Shown: positions 14,279-24,198, counted from the first letter of the stretch. The stretch is 64,000 bases of DNA from an uncultured Acidobacteriota bacterium (GCA_963700145.1 OY969474.1:2208001-2272000), one strand, 5' to 3'. Numbers and translations are program-made. The notes: a model not told the origin generated them from the letters alone.

Positions 14279-14400
14279 AACTCCGCCCGGACGCCTCGGG
14301 TCGAGTTATCGAGGCCTCGGAACTCCGCCCGAACGCTCTGGGTCGAGTTACCGGCGCCTCGGAACTCCGCCCGGACGCTCCGGGCGGAGTTTCCGCCGCC
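14279..14400. repeat. 42-bp tandem repeat (~3 copies), each unit self-complementary
   Basis: Units start at 14279, 14321, 14363 with AACTCCGCCCG...GGGYSGAGTT. Confidence 0.85.
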
Positions 14401-14459
14401 CCAGGATTCCCCGCCGGGGGGCCGGCCGAAACCCGGCCGTCCCCGCAGATCACTCCCCC

Positions 14460-15062
14460 CTAGCTCAACACCACCAGCGCCACCCGCCGGTTCTGCGCCC
14501 GGCCTTCGCGGCTGTCGTTGTCGGCGACCGGGGCGCTCTCGCCGTAGGAGATGATGTTGATGCGGTGGAGCGGGAACTTGTGCTGCTGCGACAGGTACCG
14601 CCGCACGGCCTCGGCGCGCTCCAGGCCGAGGTGCTCGTTGTAGGACTCCCCGCCGATGCCGTCGGTATGGCCCTGGATCTCGATGTAGACACCCTTCCCC
14701 GCCGAGACGAGCCCGTTGGCGAACTCGTCGAGCGCCGCCTTGGCTTCCGGCGAGAGCTCCGCGACGTCGAAGCCGAACTTGACCTTCTCGTCGGTGAGCA
14801 CGGTCTCGTAGAGGAGCTTGCCCTCGGCGAGCTTGCCGGCTTCGGTGGCCCGCTGCAGGGCGTCCTGGGCGGTGCGCGAGGCCTCGCCGATCGCCTGCTC
14901 GTTGCGGCCGATGCGGGTCTGGGCCTCCTCGACCTGCCCCTCGACGTCATCGACGCGGGTGTGGACTGCCTGGGTCTCGCCGCGGACGTACTTCTTCGTC
15001 GCGCAGCCGGCGCTGCCGACCAGCGCCAGCACGAGCGTGAGACAGAGTGTGATCGCTCTCAT
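14460..15062 (-). CDS. OmpA-family lipoprotein
   Basis: Lipobox SAGC; F..D..L, IQGHTD, N..LG..RAEAV, GES.P, NRRV. Confidence 0.92.
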   Translation of the reverse strand: MRAITLCLTLVLALVGSAGCATKKYVRGETQAVHTRVDDVEGQVEEAQTRIGRNEQAIGEASRTAQDALQRATEAGKLAEGKLLYETVLTDEKVKFGFDVAELSPEAKAALDEFANGLVSAGKGVYIEIQGHTDGIGGESYNEHLGLERAEAVRRYLSQQHKFPLHRINIISYGESAPVADNDSREGRAQNRRVALVVLS

Positions 15063-15125
15063 CGTTCTGATCTCCTTTGTGCCTCCAGTGGACTTCGATT
15101 GAATGAAGCGGGAGGCCTCCCCTCC

Positions 15126-16130
15126 CTATCCCCCCGTGGTGTCCCCCGCCGGCGCAGGGGCCGGCGGCGGACCGGTATAGCCGCGGCGGAAAGCCACGGC
15201 GCGGCGGCCGTCCCCCTCGACCGCCACCTTGAGCTGGCGGAAGCGGGAGCGGCCGTCTCCCGTCGAAAACCCGAGAACGTACTGGTGGCGCAGGTCGTCT
15301 TCGATCGCGGCCACGGCTTCCTTCAGATCGTCGGGGCCGTCGACCGGCAGGTAGCGCCCGCCGGTCATGTGCGCCAGCAGGTTCAGCACGTCCGCATAAC
15401 GGTAGACCTTCTCGCCCTGCGGCGTCACCTCATACGGGTTCCCGGCACGGAGCCCCAGGACGTAGACCGGGAGCTGGGCCTGGCGCACGATCCGCCGCGC
15501 CTCCTCGGGCCGGATGCGGCTGGCGTTGTCGAGGCCGTCGGTGACGAGCAGGATGAAGCGCTTGGCGTTGTGGCCGGCGGCCGAGATCCGGGGCAGCGCG
15601 GCCACCGCGTCGTGCAGAGCGGTGGTGCCGTAGGCCTTCCAGGAGTCGACCGACTGCCGCAGCGCCGCGACGTCGCCGGTGAACGGCACCTCGACCCGGC
15701 TCTCGTCGCCGGAGAAGCTGGCGAGCGCGAACTCGTCGCCGTCCTTGGCGCGGTCGAGGAAGTAGCGCACCACCTCCTGGCTGGCGGCGAGCTTGCCCGA
15801 GGTCTCCATGCTGCCGGAGAGGTCCTGGAGGAAGACCAGCGAGGCCGGGGCGTCGGCGCGCGGCTCGAAGCTCTCGATCGCCACCCGCCGCCCCTCGACC
15901 TCCAGCCGGAAATCGTCCGCCTCGAGGCCGCGGGCGTAGCCGCTGCCGGCCCGCACCACGACCGGCACCAAGACGTACCCCACCGAGAAGGTCTCGCCGA
16001 AGCTGCCCGCGGGCGGCTCGCCGGGGGCCTGCCCCGAGGACGGCGCCGGCGGCACCCCCAGGGCGAGGCCGACGGCGGCGGCCGCCGAGAGGAGCGCGCG
16101 GGCTCCACGGCGCGGGGCGGTGCGTGTCAT
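15126..16130 (-). CDS. VWA domain protein (Acidobacteria VWFA type)
   Basis: MIDAS DLSGSM, GTTALHDA, LLVTDGLDNAS, DLRHQYVLGF; start uncertain. Confidence 0.85.
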   Translation of the reverse strand: MTRTAPRRGARALLSAAAAVGLALGVPPAPSSGQAPGEPPAGSFGETFSVGYVLVPVVVRAGSGYARGLEADDFRLEVEGRRVAIESFEPRADAPASLVFLQDLSGSMETSGKLAASQEVVRYFLDRAKDGDEFALASFSGDESRVEVPFTGDVAALRQSVDSWKAYGTTALHDAVAALPRISAAGHNAKRFILLVTDGLDNASRIRPEEARRIVRQAQLPVYVLGLRAGNPYEVTPQGEKVYRYADVLNLLAHMTGGRYLPVDGPDDLKEAVAAIEDDLRHQYVLGFSTGDGRSRFRQLKVAVEGDGRRAVAFRRGYTGPPPAPAPAGDTTGG

Positions 16131-16231
16131 GGCGGCGGGGTGGCGGTGCAAACCGCGGGCCACCTTATGCAGCGTCAGCTAACTATGAGTCGCAGCGCTA
16201 AGCTGGCGCCGCGAGGAGGCCACCCCACCCC

Positions 16232-16483
16232 ATGAACGACCCCGTCGACATCCGCGACCTCTCGGTCAAGTGCGGCAACTGCAACACTTACCAGACCCTC
16301 GCCGGGTTCTCACGGCGCGACGAGTGGAACGTCTACACCTACGAGTGCGAGAACGAGATCTGCGACCCGGCGGTGACCCGCACCCACGTCGAGGTGCCGC
16401 GCGAGCTCGACACCTTCGCGCGCCGCGACCCGGAGTGGCGCGGCGGGCGGCGGCACGCCGGCGCCGAGCCCGAGGCCGGCTGA
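16232..16483 (+). CDS. Small putative zinc-ribbon protein
   Basis: GGAGG RBS; CGNC and CENEIC cysteine pairs. Confidence 0.7.
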   Translation: MNDPVDIRDLSVKCGNCNTYQTLAGFSRRDEWNVYTYECENEICDPAVTRTHVEVPRELDTFARRDPEWRGGRRHAGAEPEAG

Positions 16484-16568
16484 GCCGGGGGGCTGTGCTA
16501 CGCTTTCGCCGGGGCCGTCGCTCGCGCCCCAACCCCCGAACCAACCGTCCACCCGAGACGAGGAGCCG

Positions 16569-17636
16569 ATGACGAACATCGTCCACATCGTGGGCACCGG
16601 CACGATCGGCGAGCCGCTGATCGGCCTCTTCACCGACTTCCGCGACAAGATGGGGATCGACGAGGTCACCTTCCACAAGCGCACCCCGCTGGCCTCCGAC
16701 CGCGCCAAGCTGGCGCACCTGATGAGCCGCGGGGTGAAGCTGGCGGTGGACGACGCGGTGCGGAAGGACTTCGAGAAGCTGGGCCACGAGGTCAGCTACT
16801 CGGCGGAGGAGGCGCTCGAGCGGGCCACCGTCGTCATCGACTGCACCCCGGCCGGCAACGAGAACAAGGAGAAGTGGTACAAGCACCTCTCCGGCGCCAA
16901 GGGCTTCCTCGCCCAGGGGAGCGAGTTCGGCTTCGGCAAGCCCTACGCCCGCGGCGTCAACGACGAGGTGCTGGTGCCCGGCGAGGACCGCTACGTCCAG
17001 ATCGTCTCCTGCAACACCCACAACATCACCACCCTCATCAAGACGGTCTGCGACGACGAGGACGGCAGCGAGTACAACCTGCGCAAGGGGACCTTCGTCT
17101 GCATGCGGCGGGCGAACGACATCAGCCAGTCCGACAGCTACGTGCCGGCCCCCAACGTCGGCAAGCACGACGACCCGCTCTTCGGCACCCATCACGCGCA
17201 CGACGCCCACCACCTCTTCGAGACGATGGGCAAGGACCTGAACCTCTTCTCGAGCGCGGTGAAGCTCAACACCCAGTACATGCACTCGATCTGGTTCAAC
17301 CTCGACCTCGACCGGAAGATGGAGCTCGACGAGGTCAAGCGGCGGCTGCTCGAGAACCCGCGCGTGGCGGTCACCGACAAGCGCTACGCCAACCTGATCT
17401 TCAGCTTCGGCCGCGACCACGGCTACTACGGGCGGATCCTGTCGCAGACGGTGGTCGTCATGCCGACCCTCATGCTGCGCAACGGCTGCGAGCTCTACGG
17501 CTTCTGCTTCACCCCCCAGGACGGCAACTCGCTCCTCTCCTCGATCGCCGCCGCCCTCTGGCTGATCGACCCGGACCCGGACAGCGTCGCACAGCGGCTG
17601 GCGCCCATGCGGCGCTGGCTGTACCGAGAGATCTAG
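16569..17636 (+). CDS. Archaeal-type (class II) glyceraldehyde-3-phosphate dehydrogenase homologue
   Basis: GTGTIG, VIDCTP, QGSE, IVSCNT, RRAND, THH, MH motifs; AGGAG RBS. Confidence 0.75.
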   Translation: MTNIVHIVGTGTIGEPLIGLFTDFRDKMGIDEVTFHKRTPLASDRAKLAHLMSRGVKLAVDDAVRKDFEKLGHEVSYSAEEALERATVVIDCTPAGNENKEKWYKHLSGAKGFLAQGSEFGFGKPYARGVNDEVLVPGEDRYVQIVSCNTHNITTLIKTVCDDEDGSEYNLRKGTFVCMRRANDISQSDSYVPAPNVGKHDDPLFGTHHAHDAHHLFETMGKDLNLFSSAVKLNTQYMHSIWFNLDLDRKMELDEVKRRLLENPRVAVTDKRYANLIFSFGRDHGYYGRILSQTVVVMPTLMLRNGCELYGFCFTPQDGNSLLSSIAAALWLIDPDPDSVAQRLAPMRRWLYREI

Positions 17637-17644
17637 ACCGCCCG

Positions 17645-18475
17645 ATGCGGCCGGTCGAGCTCCAGCTCCCGGGGCTCCGCCTCGAGGGGTGGTCGCGGGC
17701 CGGCGACGAGACCTGGTTCCGTGTCCATCCGCCCGGCTTGGCGATCGACGTCGGGCGCGGGGCGCTCCAGCTCGGCGGCGCCGCCGACGTCTTCATCAGC
17801 CACGGCCACCTCGACCACGCCCTCGGGCTGCCGTTCGTCCTCTCGCAGCGCTCGCTCCACCGCGGCCTCTCGACCCGCGTCTTCTGCCCGCAGGAGATCG
17901 CCGAGCCGCTGGCGGCGCTGGTGGCCGCCGCCGAAGGGCTGGAGCAGGCGCGCTACCGCTGGGAGCTCGTGCCGCTCGCCCCCGGCGACCGCGCCGAGCT
18001 GTCGCGCGACCTCCTGCTCGAGGCCTTCTCGACCGACCACGTGGTGCCGACCCTGGGGCTCCACCTGATCCGCAAGAAGCGCCGGCTCGACCAGCGCCTG
18101 GCCGGGGCGTCGCGCGAGGAGCTGGCGGCGCGGCGCGAGCGCGGCGAGGAGACGACGGAGGTCGTCGAGGAGCTGGCCTTCGCCTACTGCGGCGATACCG
18201 GCCCGGCGGTCTTCGAGCGCCAGCCGCGGCTCTTCACGACCGACGTGCTGATGCTCGAGTGCACCTTCCTGGGCGAAGGGCACCGCCAGCGCGGCGGGCG
18301 CTACAAGCACATCCACATCGAGGACCTGGCGGAGCGCGCCGAGCGCTTCGCGAACCGGGCGATCGTCCTCCACCACCTGTCGCGGCGGCACAGCGTCGGC
18401 GAGCTGCGCGCGGCGGTGGCCCGGCACCTGCCGGGGCTGGCGGAGCGGGTGCACCTGCTGGTGGAGGGGACGTGA
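17645..18475 (+). CDS. MBL-fold hydrolase, short RNase Z-like
   Basis: EGWSRAG, SHGHLDHA, HVVP, YCGDT, LECTF, KHIH, HLSRR. Confidence 0.8.
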   Translation: MRPVELQLPGLRLEGWSRAGDETWFRVHPPGLAIDVGRGALQLGGAADVFISHGHLDHALGLPFVLSQRSLHRGLSTRVFCPQEIAEPLAALVAAAEGLEQARYRWELVPLAPGDRAELSRDLLLEAFSTDHVVPTLGLHLIRKKRRLDQRLAGASREELAARRERGEETTEVVEELAFAYCGDTGPAVFERQPRLFTTDVLMLECTFLGEGHRQRGGRYKHIHIEDLAERAERFANRAIVLHHLSRRHSVGELRAAVARHLPGLAERVHLLVEGT

Positions 18476-19911
18476 GGGGGGCCAGACCGCCGGGACGGAG
18501 GCCGCCGGGCGGCAGGAAGCCGCCGGGGAGGCCGCCGGGGCGACCGCCGCGCGGGCCGGAGCGCGGGCCGCGCGAGCCGGCGCGGGGGCCGCGCCGCGGC
18601 CCGCCTCGGGGCCCGGAGCGCGGGCCGCGCCCTCCCGACCGGCGTGAAGGCGCGCGCCCGGTCGAGCCGCGGCGCGAGCGCCGCCCCCTGCCGTCGCGGC
18701 AGCCGCGCCGCCCCGCGCCGCCGGTCGGCGCGCGGCTCGCCGGCGTCGAGGAGCTGGAGGTTTCGATCGAGAAGCTGGTGGCCGGCGGCGAGGGGCTGGC
18801 GCGCTACGAAGGGGTGCCGATCTTCGTCCGCCGCGCCGCCCCCGGCGACCGGCTGCGCATCCGACTCGTCGAGCGGCGCCCCGACTACGGCCGCGCCGAG
18901 ATCGTCGAGATCCTCGCCCCCGGCCCCGACCGCCGCCCCGACCCGGTGCCGTCGCTGGCCGAGTGGGGCGGCTGCGACCTCCAGCACATCGAGGACGCCG
19001 CCCAGGCGCGGCACAAGGCGGCGGCGGCGCGCGAGACCCTGGAGCGGCTCGGCGGCGTGCGCCTGCCGGAGGCGCCGGCGCTGGTCACCGGCGACCCCTG
19101 GCACTACCGCCTGCGCACGCAGCTCCACACCGAGCCGGTTCGATCGGAGCCTGGGGGCGACGGCGTCCTGGTCGGCTACCACGCGCGCGGCACGCACCGG
19201 CTGATCCCGGTCGTCGAGTGCCCCATCCTGGTGCCCGAGCTGGAGCGCTTCGTCCTCGGCCTCTCGCGCGAGCTGCCGGCCGACGCGCCGCGGCGGCTGG
19301 ACGTCGCCTGCGGCGACGGCGGCGCGATCTCCATGGCGCCGCTCGTCGCCGGCCAGCCGCACGGCGAAGTGGCGGTCGAGGCCGCCGGCTCCGTCTACGC
19401 CTACGACGCCCGCTGCTTCTTCCAGGCCCACCGCGGCCTCCTGCCGCGGCTCATCGAGACCGCCGTCGGTCCCTGGGACGGGGGCGAGGCCTACGACCTC
19501 TACTGCGGGGTCGGCCTCTTCACCCTGGCGCTCGCCCGCCGCTACGGCCGGGTCGTGGGCGTCGAAGGCGACCGCATCGCCGCCCGCTACGCGCGCAACA
19601 ACGCGCGCAAGAACCACCTCCCCAACGTCGAGGTCGAGTCGAGCGCCGTCGAAGGCTGGATCGACGCCCTCCCCGCGGCCCCCGACCGCGTGATCGTCGA
19701 TCCCCCGCGCACCGGCCTCACTCCGCGCGTCCGCCGCGCCCTCCTCGAGCGCCCCGCCGGGCGTCTCACCTACGTCTCCTGCGACCCCGCCACCTTGGCC
19801 CGCGACCTCGCGATCCTCCGCCGCCTCTATGCGGTCGAGAGCGTCACCTTCCTCGACCTCTTCCCCCAGACCGGGCACCTCGAGACCGTGGTGCAGATGG
19901 TGCGGGCGTGA
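18472..19911 (+). CDS. rlmD: 23S rRNA (uracil-5)-methyltransferase RlmD family
   Basis: GTG overlapping upstream TGA; TRAM domain, FFQA, DLYCGVG, VDPPRTG, YVSCDPATLARD, DLFPQTGHLE. Confidence 0.88.
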   Translation: MRGARPPGRRPPGGRKPPGRPPGRPPRGPERGPREPARGPRRGPPRGPERGPRPPDRREGARPVEPRRERRPLPSRQPRRPAPPVGARLAGVEELEVSIEKLVAGGEGLARYEGVPIFVRRAAPGDRLRIRLVERRPDYGRAEIVEILAPGPDRRPDPVPSLAEWGGCDLQHIEDAAQARHKAAAARETLERLGGVRLPEAPALVTGDPWHYRLRTQLHTEPVRSEPGGDGVLVGYHARGTHRLIPVVECPILVPELERFVLGLSRELPADAPRRLDVACGDGGAISMAPLVAGQPHGEVAVEAAGSVYAYDARCFFQAHRGLLPRLIETAVGPWDGGEAYDLYCGVGLFTLALARRYGRVVGVEGDRIAARYARNNARKNHLPNVEVESSAVEGWIDALPAAPDRVIVDPPRTGLTPRVRRALLERPAGRLTYVSCDPATLARDLAILRRLYAVESVTFLDLFPQTGHLETVVQMVRA

Positions 19912-19971
19912 GCCAGCAGGAGAACGGCGGCGGCGCCGCCCCTCCACTGCGCCTCGCTCGTGCAGATAGGA

Positions 19972-21723
19972 TCACTCTGTCTGACTCTCACCGATCGCTG
20001 TCCAATACAATGCCGACCGGTACGTTCCAAGCAGAGCAACGAAAACCGTCTGTGCTATTGCGAGGAAGATCTGTTGGTCCTTTGCCAGCTGGTCGGCGAC
20101 AGAATGTAGTTGTATTCCGGTAGCATCCGAGGTGATCATCCCCGGTACGTAGGTTGCCAGATTCCATATTTGATACTGAAGAGACACCGCTTCGCTCGAA
20201 TCGCCTCTGCGACTTGCCTCAAGCATCTGATCTGTTAGAATTTGCCTTTGCGCCGCCACTTCCTCAGTCTGTATTCCAGGCGGCATGTAGAGCGGTATTC
20301 GATGCGCGGCGGGATCACGAAGCCTCTTGACTTCGCGGTTCCAGTCTGCGTGCTTCTGAAGTCGAGCCGCCAAATCACTCCCCTTCGGTTCGAGTGCTGC
20401 TAGAAACGGCCTACTGAAGAGCCTAGAGAAGTTGCGATGGTCTCTTGAACCTTCGTCAATGTCATTCTTGAGCTCCAACTCATAGGCAAGCAGCCAAGCA
20501 AGATTGTCGAGCGCTCCACTGAGATTGAGGTAGTAGGCATTCAGATGGATGCTCAACTCAACCGTCATGTCCGGATTGAGAAGGTTCTCTCGGTTATATG
20601 TCTCATCGTAAAGGCGCTTACGCGAGGCTACCATCATCAAGTGTCGCTGCAGAAAACCCTCTCGCAGGTGGCGCCGGGATTGCACATTATGGAGACAATC
20701 GGTCCGTATTATTATCCACTCGGTAAGTCGTTTCTCAAGGATCGTCAGGCGGTGATGCACTGCTGCAACTGATTGAAGCCACTCCCGCTCCCGCTCCGCT
20801 GCTTCGGAGAGTACAGATATCCGCCAGAGGCGCAGCACTTTGTCATTCTCCCCGAGGGTGGCGATAATAGGCTCACGCGGATGAAAGGCCAAACTCGGTG
20901 GCCACCGCCTCGAGGTCGGCTCTTGAAGAACCGAGACCAAGTCCCCCGTGTCGAGTCGCCAAAGCCGGACGGTATCGTCTGCCGCTTTTGAGGCAAGAAG
21001 AGTTCCATCAGCGGAGAACGACACCGCCTTCAGGTCGCCTTGATGTCCCTCAAGGCGGCGAGAAAAGCGACCGGTGTCGGCGTTCCATACGAACACGACA
21101 GGATCTCCAAAGAAACCACCGGCTATTAGGCTTGCGTCGCGAGACCAGGCCAGCCCGATCAGCTCACGGTCCGGTCTTCCCGAGACTGCGCGCACATCTC
21201 CCGTGCCTACATCGTGTAACCAACCGCTCCCTTTCTTACCGCAGATTGCCAGCTGTCTGCCGACAGAGGACCATGCGACGAACGAAACCCCGACACCCAC
21301 CTGTATCTCCTGGATCAGCTCTCCGGTTGCGGAGTCCCACAGCCGGACCACCTCTCCTTCAGCTGTCGCGATCGTGGTGCCATCCGCTGAGCAACTCGCC
21401 TCACGCACACCCCTTCCAATCTCTAGCCGAGTCTTGCGACCGGCTAAAGGATGAACGCGCAGGGTGGCACTTTGCGCCTCGCCCCAAAGCAGCAATTCCT
21501 CTTCTCCTGCCCAGGCAAAGGCAACGGGGCTCCGAGGGCCTGCCGTGAACGTCCGAACGAGATGACCGTTCTCGGTATCCCAAACGCGTACTGTGCCGTT
21601 TGAGCAGCCGGCGGCGATCCTCGTACCATTGGGCGACCACGCGACGCGTCCTAGCCAGCCGCGCCGACTACGGAGAACAAAGAGCAACCGGAAACCCGGC
21701 GGAGGGGCTTCAATCTTGCTCAT
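19972..21723 (-). CDS. WD40 repeat protein fused to a C-terminal HEPN-like domain
   Basis: Repeats such as GHQGDLKAVSFSADG..VRLW; C-terminal helical domain with RDPAAH (R-x4-H); visibly lower GC than flanks. Confidence 0.8.
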   Translation of the reverse strand: MSKIEAPPPGFRLLFVLRSRRGWLGRVAWSPNGTRIAAGCSNGTVRVWDTENGHLVRTFTAGPRSPVAFAWAGEEELLLWGEAQSATLRVHPLAGRKTRLEIGRGVREASCSADGTTIATAEGEVVRLWDSATGELIQEIQVGVGVSFVAWSSVGRQLAICGKKGSGWLHDVGTGDVRAVSGRPDRELIGLAWSRDASLIAGGFFGDPVVFVWNADTGRFSRRLEGHQGDLKAVSFSADGTLLASKAADDTVRLWRLDTGDLVSVLQEPTSRRWPPSLAFHPREPIIATLGENDKVLRLWRISVLSEAAEREREWLQSVAAVHHRLTILEKRLTEWIIIRTDCLHNVQSRRHLREGFLQRHLMMVASRKRLYDETYNRENLLNPDMTVELSIHLNAYYLNLSGALDNLAWLLAYELELKNDIDEGSRDHRNFSRLFSRPFLAALEPKGSDLAARLQKHADWNREVKRLRDPAAHRIPLYMPPGIQTEEVAAQRQILTDQMLEASRRGDSSEAVSLQYQIWNLATYVPGMITSDATGIQLHSVADQLAKDQQIFLAIAQTVFVALLGTYRSALYWTAIGESQTE

Positions 21724-21909
21724 GCTTCAAAGACTAGCTGGGGCGCTGCCCCCCGGCCATGGATATGCCCGGCTTGGCGAGCCGGATGCTTGGCATCGGG
21801 CTGCAAGCCAAAGGAGTCTATGGTCCACCCCTCCCTTTGGGGAACTATTGGCAGTCGGAGCTCGGCGCTCACCGCCCCAGGCGCCCGCCGTTCGGCCATC
21901 AGCCGCCCC

Positions 21910-22209
21910 CCGTGTCTAAGTCTTCAGGATGGACACGACAACACCGCAGTGTTCCCGGGTCTCAGGGTGGAGCGGCCACGAGGAGGGCGGGGCCAACAAG
22001 CGGCGGCAGCTGGCGGAGCTGGCGGCCGGGACCAACGCGCGGCAGAAGTCGTGGTGGAACGGACCTACTGCGGCGTCTACGCTTTCCTCCAACGCCTCAC
22101 CGCCGATCCCGAGCTAGCCGCCGAGGTGACGCAGGAGACCTACCGCCGGGCCTGGGCAGCGTTCTCGTCGTTCGACGGGCGCGCCCGCTTTTCGACCGGG
22201 CTCTGCCGC
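21910..22209 (+). pseudogene. Decayed 5' duplicate of the ECF sigma gene at 24323
   Basis: Aligns with 24304-24607 with indels; homology stops after CTCTGCCGC. Confidence 0.88.
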
Positions 22210-22347
22210 GATGCTCCTCTCCGGTCGGAAGAGCACGTGGATCGCTGGTGTCGGCAGTGGAGCATGGCGTGCGGCGCACTGCTCTCGCCGCAGGCGGCCC
22301 GATCGCTGGGCGGCGGTACCGCCGCCCAGCCCGGCCGTAGAAGCTGT

Positions 22348-24198
22348 CTAGCGCCGCGAGCCGCCGCCCGGCGGCGGCACCGGCGGCGGCGGGATCTCGA
22401 ACGAGCGCTGCGTATCGGCTCCGGCGCCCCGCTGGCCGCCGAGGAGCACGAAGCTGAACGAGTACCCCTTCACCTCCGCCACGCCATGGCACCCCATGCA
22501 GCCGCCCATCGTGTAGCCGGCGCCGAAGAACGCGAGGTTCGGCTTGTCTCGCTGGAATGCCGTTGTGCCGTTCGCGGGGATCAGGCTCTGGAAGTTCTGG
22601 ATCGGCGTCAGCTGCGGCGGCTGGCCCTGGAAGTGCTGGAGCCCTTCGTTCGTCTCGATCACCAGGTTGGACAGGTAGAGCGGCTGGCCGATGCCCGTGG
22701 GGTCGTTCGGACCCACCGGGAACGCCGTCTCAGGAGGCGGCGGAGCGTTCACGTCGACGGGCTGGAACTGCACTCCGACGAGGTGGTAGTTGAGCCACAC
22801 CGACTGGGAATCGACCGAGCGGATGGCGGTATGGACGGCCTCGTTGACGCGCCGCGTGTTGTCGAGGATCGGGAACTTGCGCCGCACCGGCAGAGCGGCC
22901 GACCGGTCCGGGTAAAAGCCTTCGTCGGGTGGCGGCTCCAACCCATTGTTGCCGGGCTTGTAGTCGTTGGCGTAGGTGAAGCCGGCCCGGTTGTTGTCGA
23001 CGTGCTCCCAGGTGGCGAAGACGTAGGTGCCGCCGAGCGCGCTCGCGTTGGTATCCGCCGGCGACGCCTGATGGATGCGCTGGATGATGTGAAGACCGAC
23101 GAGCCCGAACTTGCCGTAGCTCATGCAGGTCTTGCCCTTCTCGGTCTTGAAGAAGGCGGCCTCGGCGGTGTGGTACTTCGCCGGGTCTTCGTCCTCGAGC
23201 TTGATCCACGCCGCCTTGAGGTGGACGGAGCCGATCGGGCAGGGCGTGAGGTTGCCGGAGGGTGTGATCTGGCTGTAGTAGGCGTCGATGCAGGCCTTCG
23301 CGTCGTAGCTGGTGACGGAGTTCGACTTCGCGGCCGCAGGTGCCGGCTGGCCATTGGCCTGCAACGGCGGCTGCTGCGCGCTCGTCCGGTAGGGAAGCAG
23401 GATCGCGGCCGCCGTGGCGGCCGCCGCGGCCTTCGGATCCAGGTAGTACTGGCGGCTGTCGTCGGTGACGTAGTTGTAGAAGTCGTAGTTGACTTTCACC
23501 TCGTAGAGGACCGGCTGCGGGCGCGGCTTCGTCGGGCTCCCCTTCCACACCCGCGGGCCGACCGCTTTGCCATGCACGGAGCAACAGGGCGCCTGCTGGG
23601 GCGTGCCGCACTTGGGGTCTTTCACGTGGCCGGCGCACAGCGCATCTCCCGGCTCCAGGGCCTCGGAGGCGACCTCGACCGTCTCGTCGAGACTGTCGAA
23701 GACGATTTTCTGGCCTTGGCCGAAATACCGCCGCGGCGAGGCGTCGCCGTCCTGGTTGTCCGAGCACAGGGGGATGGACGGATCGACCGGCCCGTAGGTC
23801 GGCTCCTGGTTCCAGGGCCCCGGGCTCGCGGTGCTCCCCTGGATGAAGACCTCCCGCTTCTCCTTGAAGGTCTCCCAGACGAGCAGCGAGTCGTGGGCGG
23901 CGGTCGCGAAGCTCCGCTCGAGGTCCGGGAACCCGCGCTGCTCGTGGTTGTCCTTGGGCACGACCGCCGGCCAGTTGGCGGCGACGAAGCTGTTCCAGGC
24001 GAAGTAGTCCCACTCCGGCTGCGCCTTGGGCGAGGTGTTCGGGAACGACGGGCAGCCGAGCTGTAGCTTGCCGCCGTCGTTCTCGCAGGCGGCCTTGGGA
24101 GCGGGCCGCGGGCAGCTCGCCGCGGCGACGGTGAGAAGGACGGCGGTGAGGAGGACGGCGGTGAGGCAGACACGCGCCAACGCACTCGGGACGGCCAT
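22348..24198 (-). CDS. Secreted/lipoprotein with C-terminal CxxCH (putative c-type cytochrome)
   Basis: Signal MAVPSALARVCLTAVLL...AASC; WNSFVAANWP, ATWEHVDN, LSNLVIET, CMGCH..YSFSF. Confidence 0.75.
   Translation of the reverse strand: MAVPSALARVCLTAVLLTAVLLTVAAASCPRPAPKAACENDGGKLQLGCPSFPNTSPKAQPEWDYFAWNSFVAANWPAVVPKDNHEQRGFPDLERSFATAAHDSLLVWETFKEKREVFIQGSTASPGPWNQEPTYGPVDPSIPLCSDNQDGDASPRRYFGQGQKIVFDSLDETVEVASEALEPGDALCAGHVKDPKCGTPQQAPCCSVHGKAVGPRVWKGSPTKPRPQPVLYEVKVNYDFYNYVTDDSRQYYLDPKAAAAATAAAILLPYRTSAQQPPLQANGQPAPAAAKSNSVTSYDAKACIDAYYSQITPSGNLTPCPIGSVHLKAAWIKLEDEDPAKYHTAEAAFFKTEKGKTCMSYGKFGLVGLHIIQRIHQASPADTNASALGGTYVFATWEHVDNNRAGFTYANDYKPGNNGLEPPPDEGFYPDRSAALPVRRKFPILDNTRRVNEAVHTAIRSVDSQSVWLNYHLVGVQFQPVDVNAPPPPETAFPVGPNDPTGIGQPLYLSNLVIETNEGLQHFQGQPPQLTPIQNFQSLIPANGTTAFQRDKPNLAFFGAGYTMGGCMGCHGVAEVKGYSFSFVLLGGQRGAGADTQRSFEIPPPPVPPPGGGSRR

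Noticed and set aside
18480-18640. Duplicated GGGCCGGAGCGCGGGCCGCG segments
   Set aside because: Low-complexity Arg/Pro/Gly N-terminal extension of RlmD; no independent element is evident.
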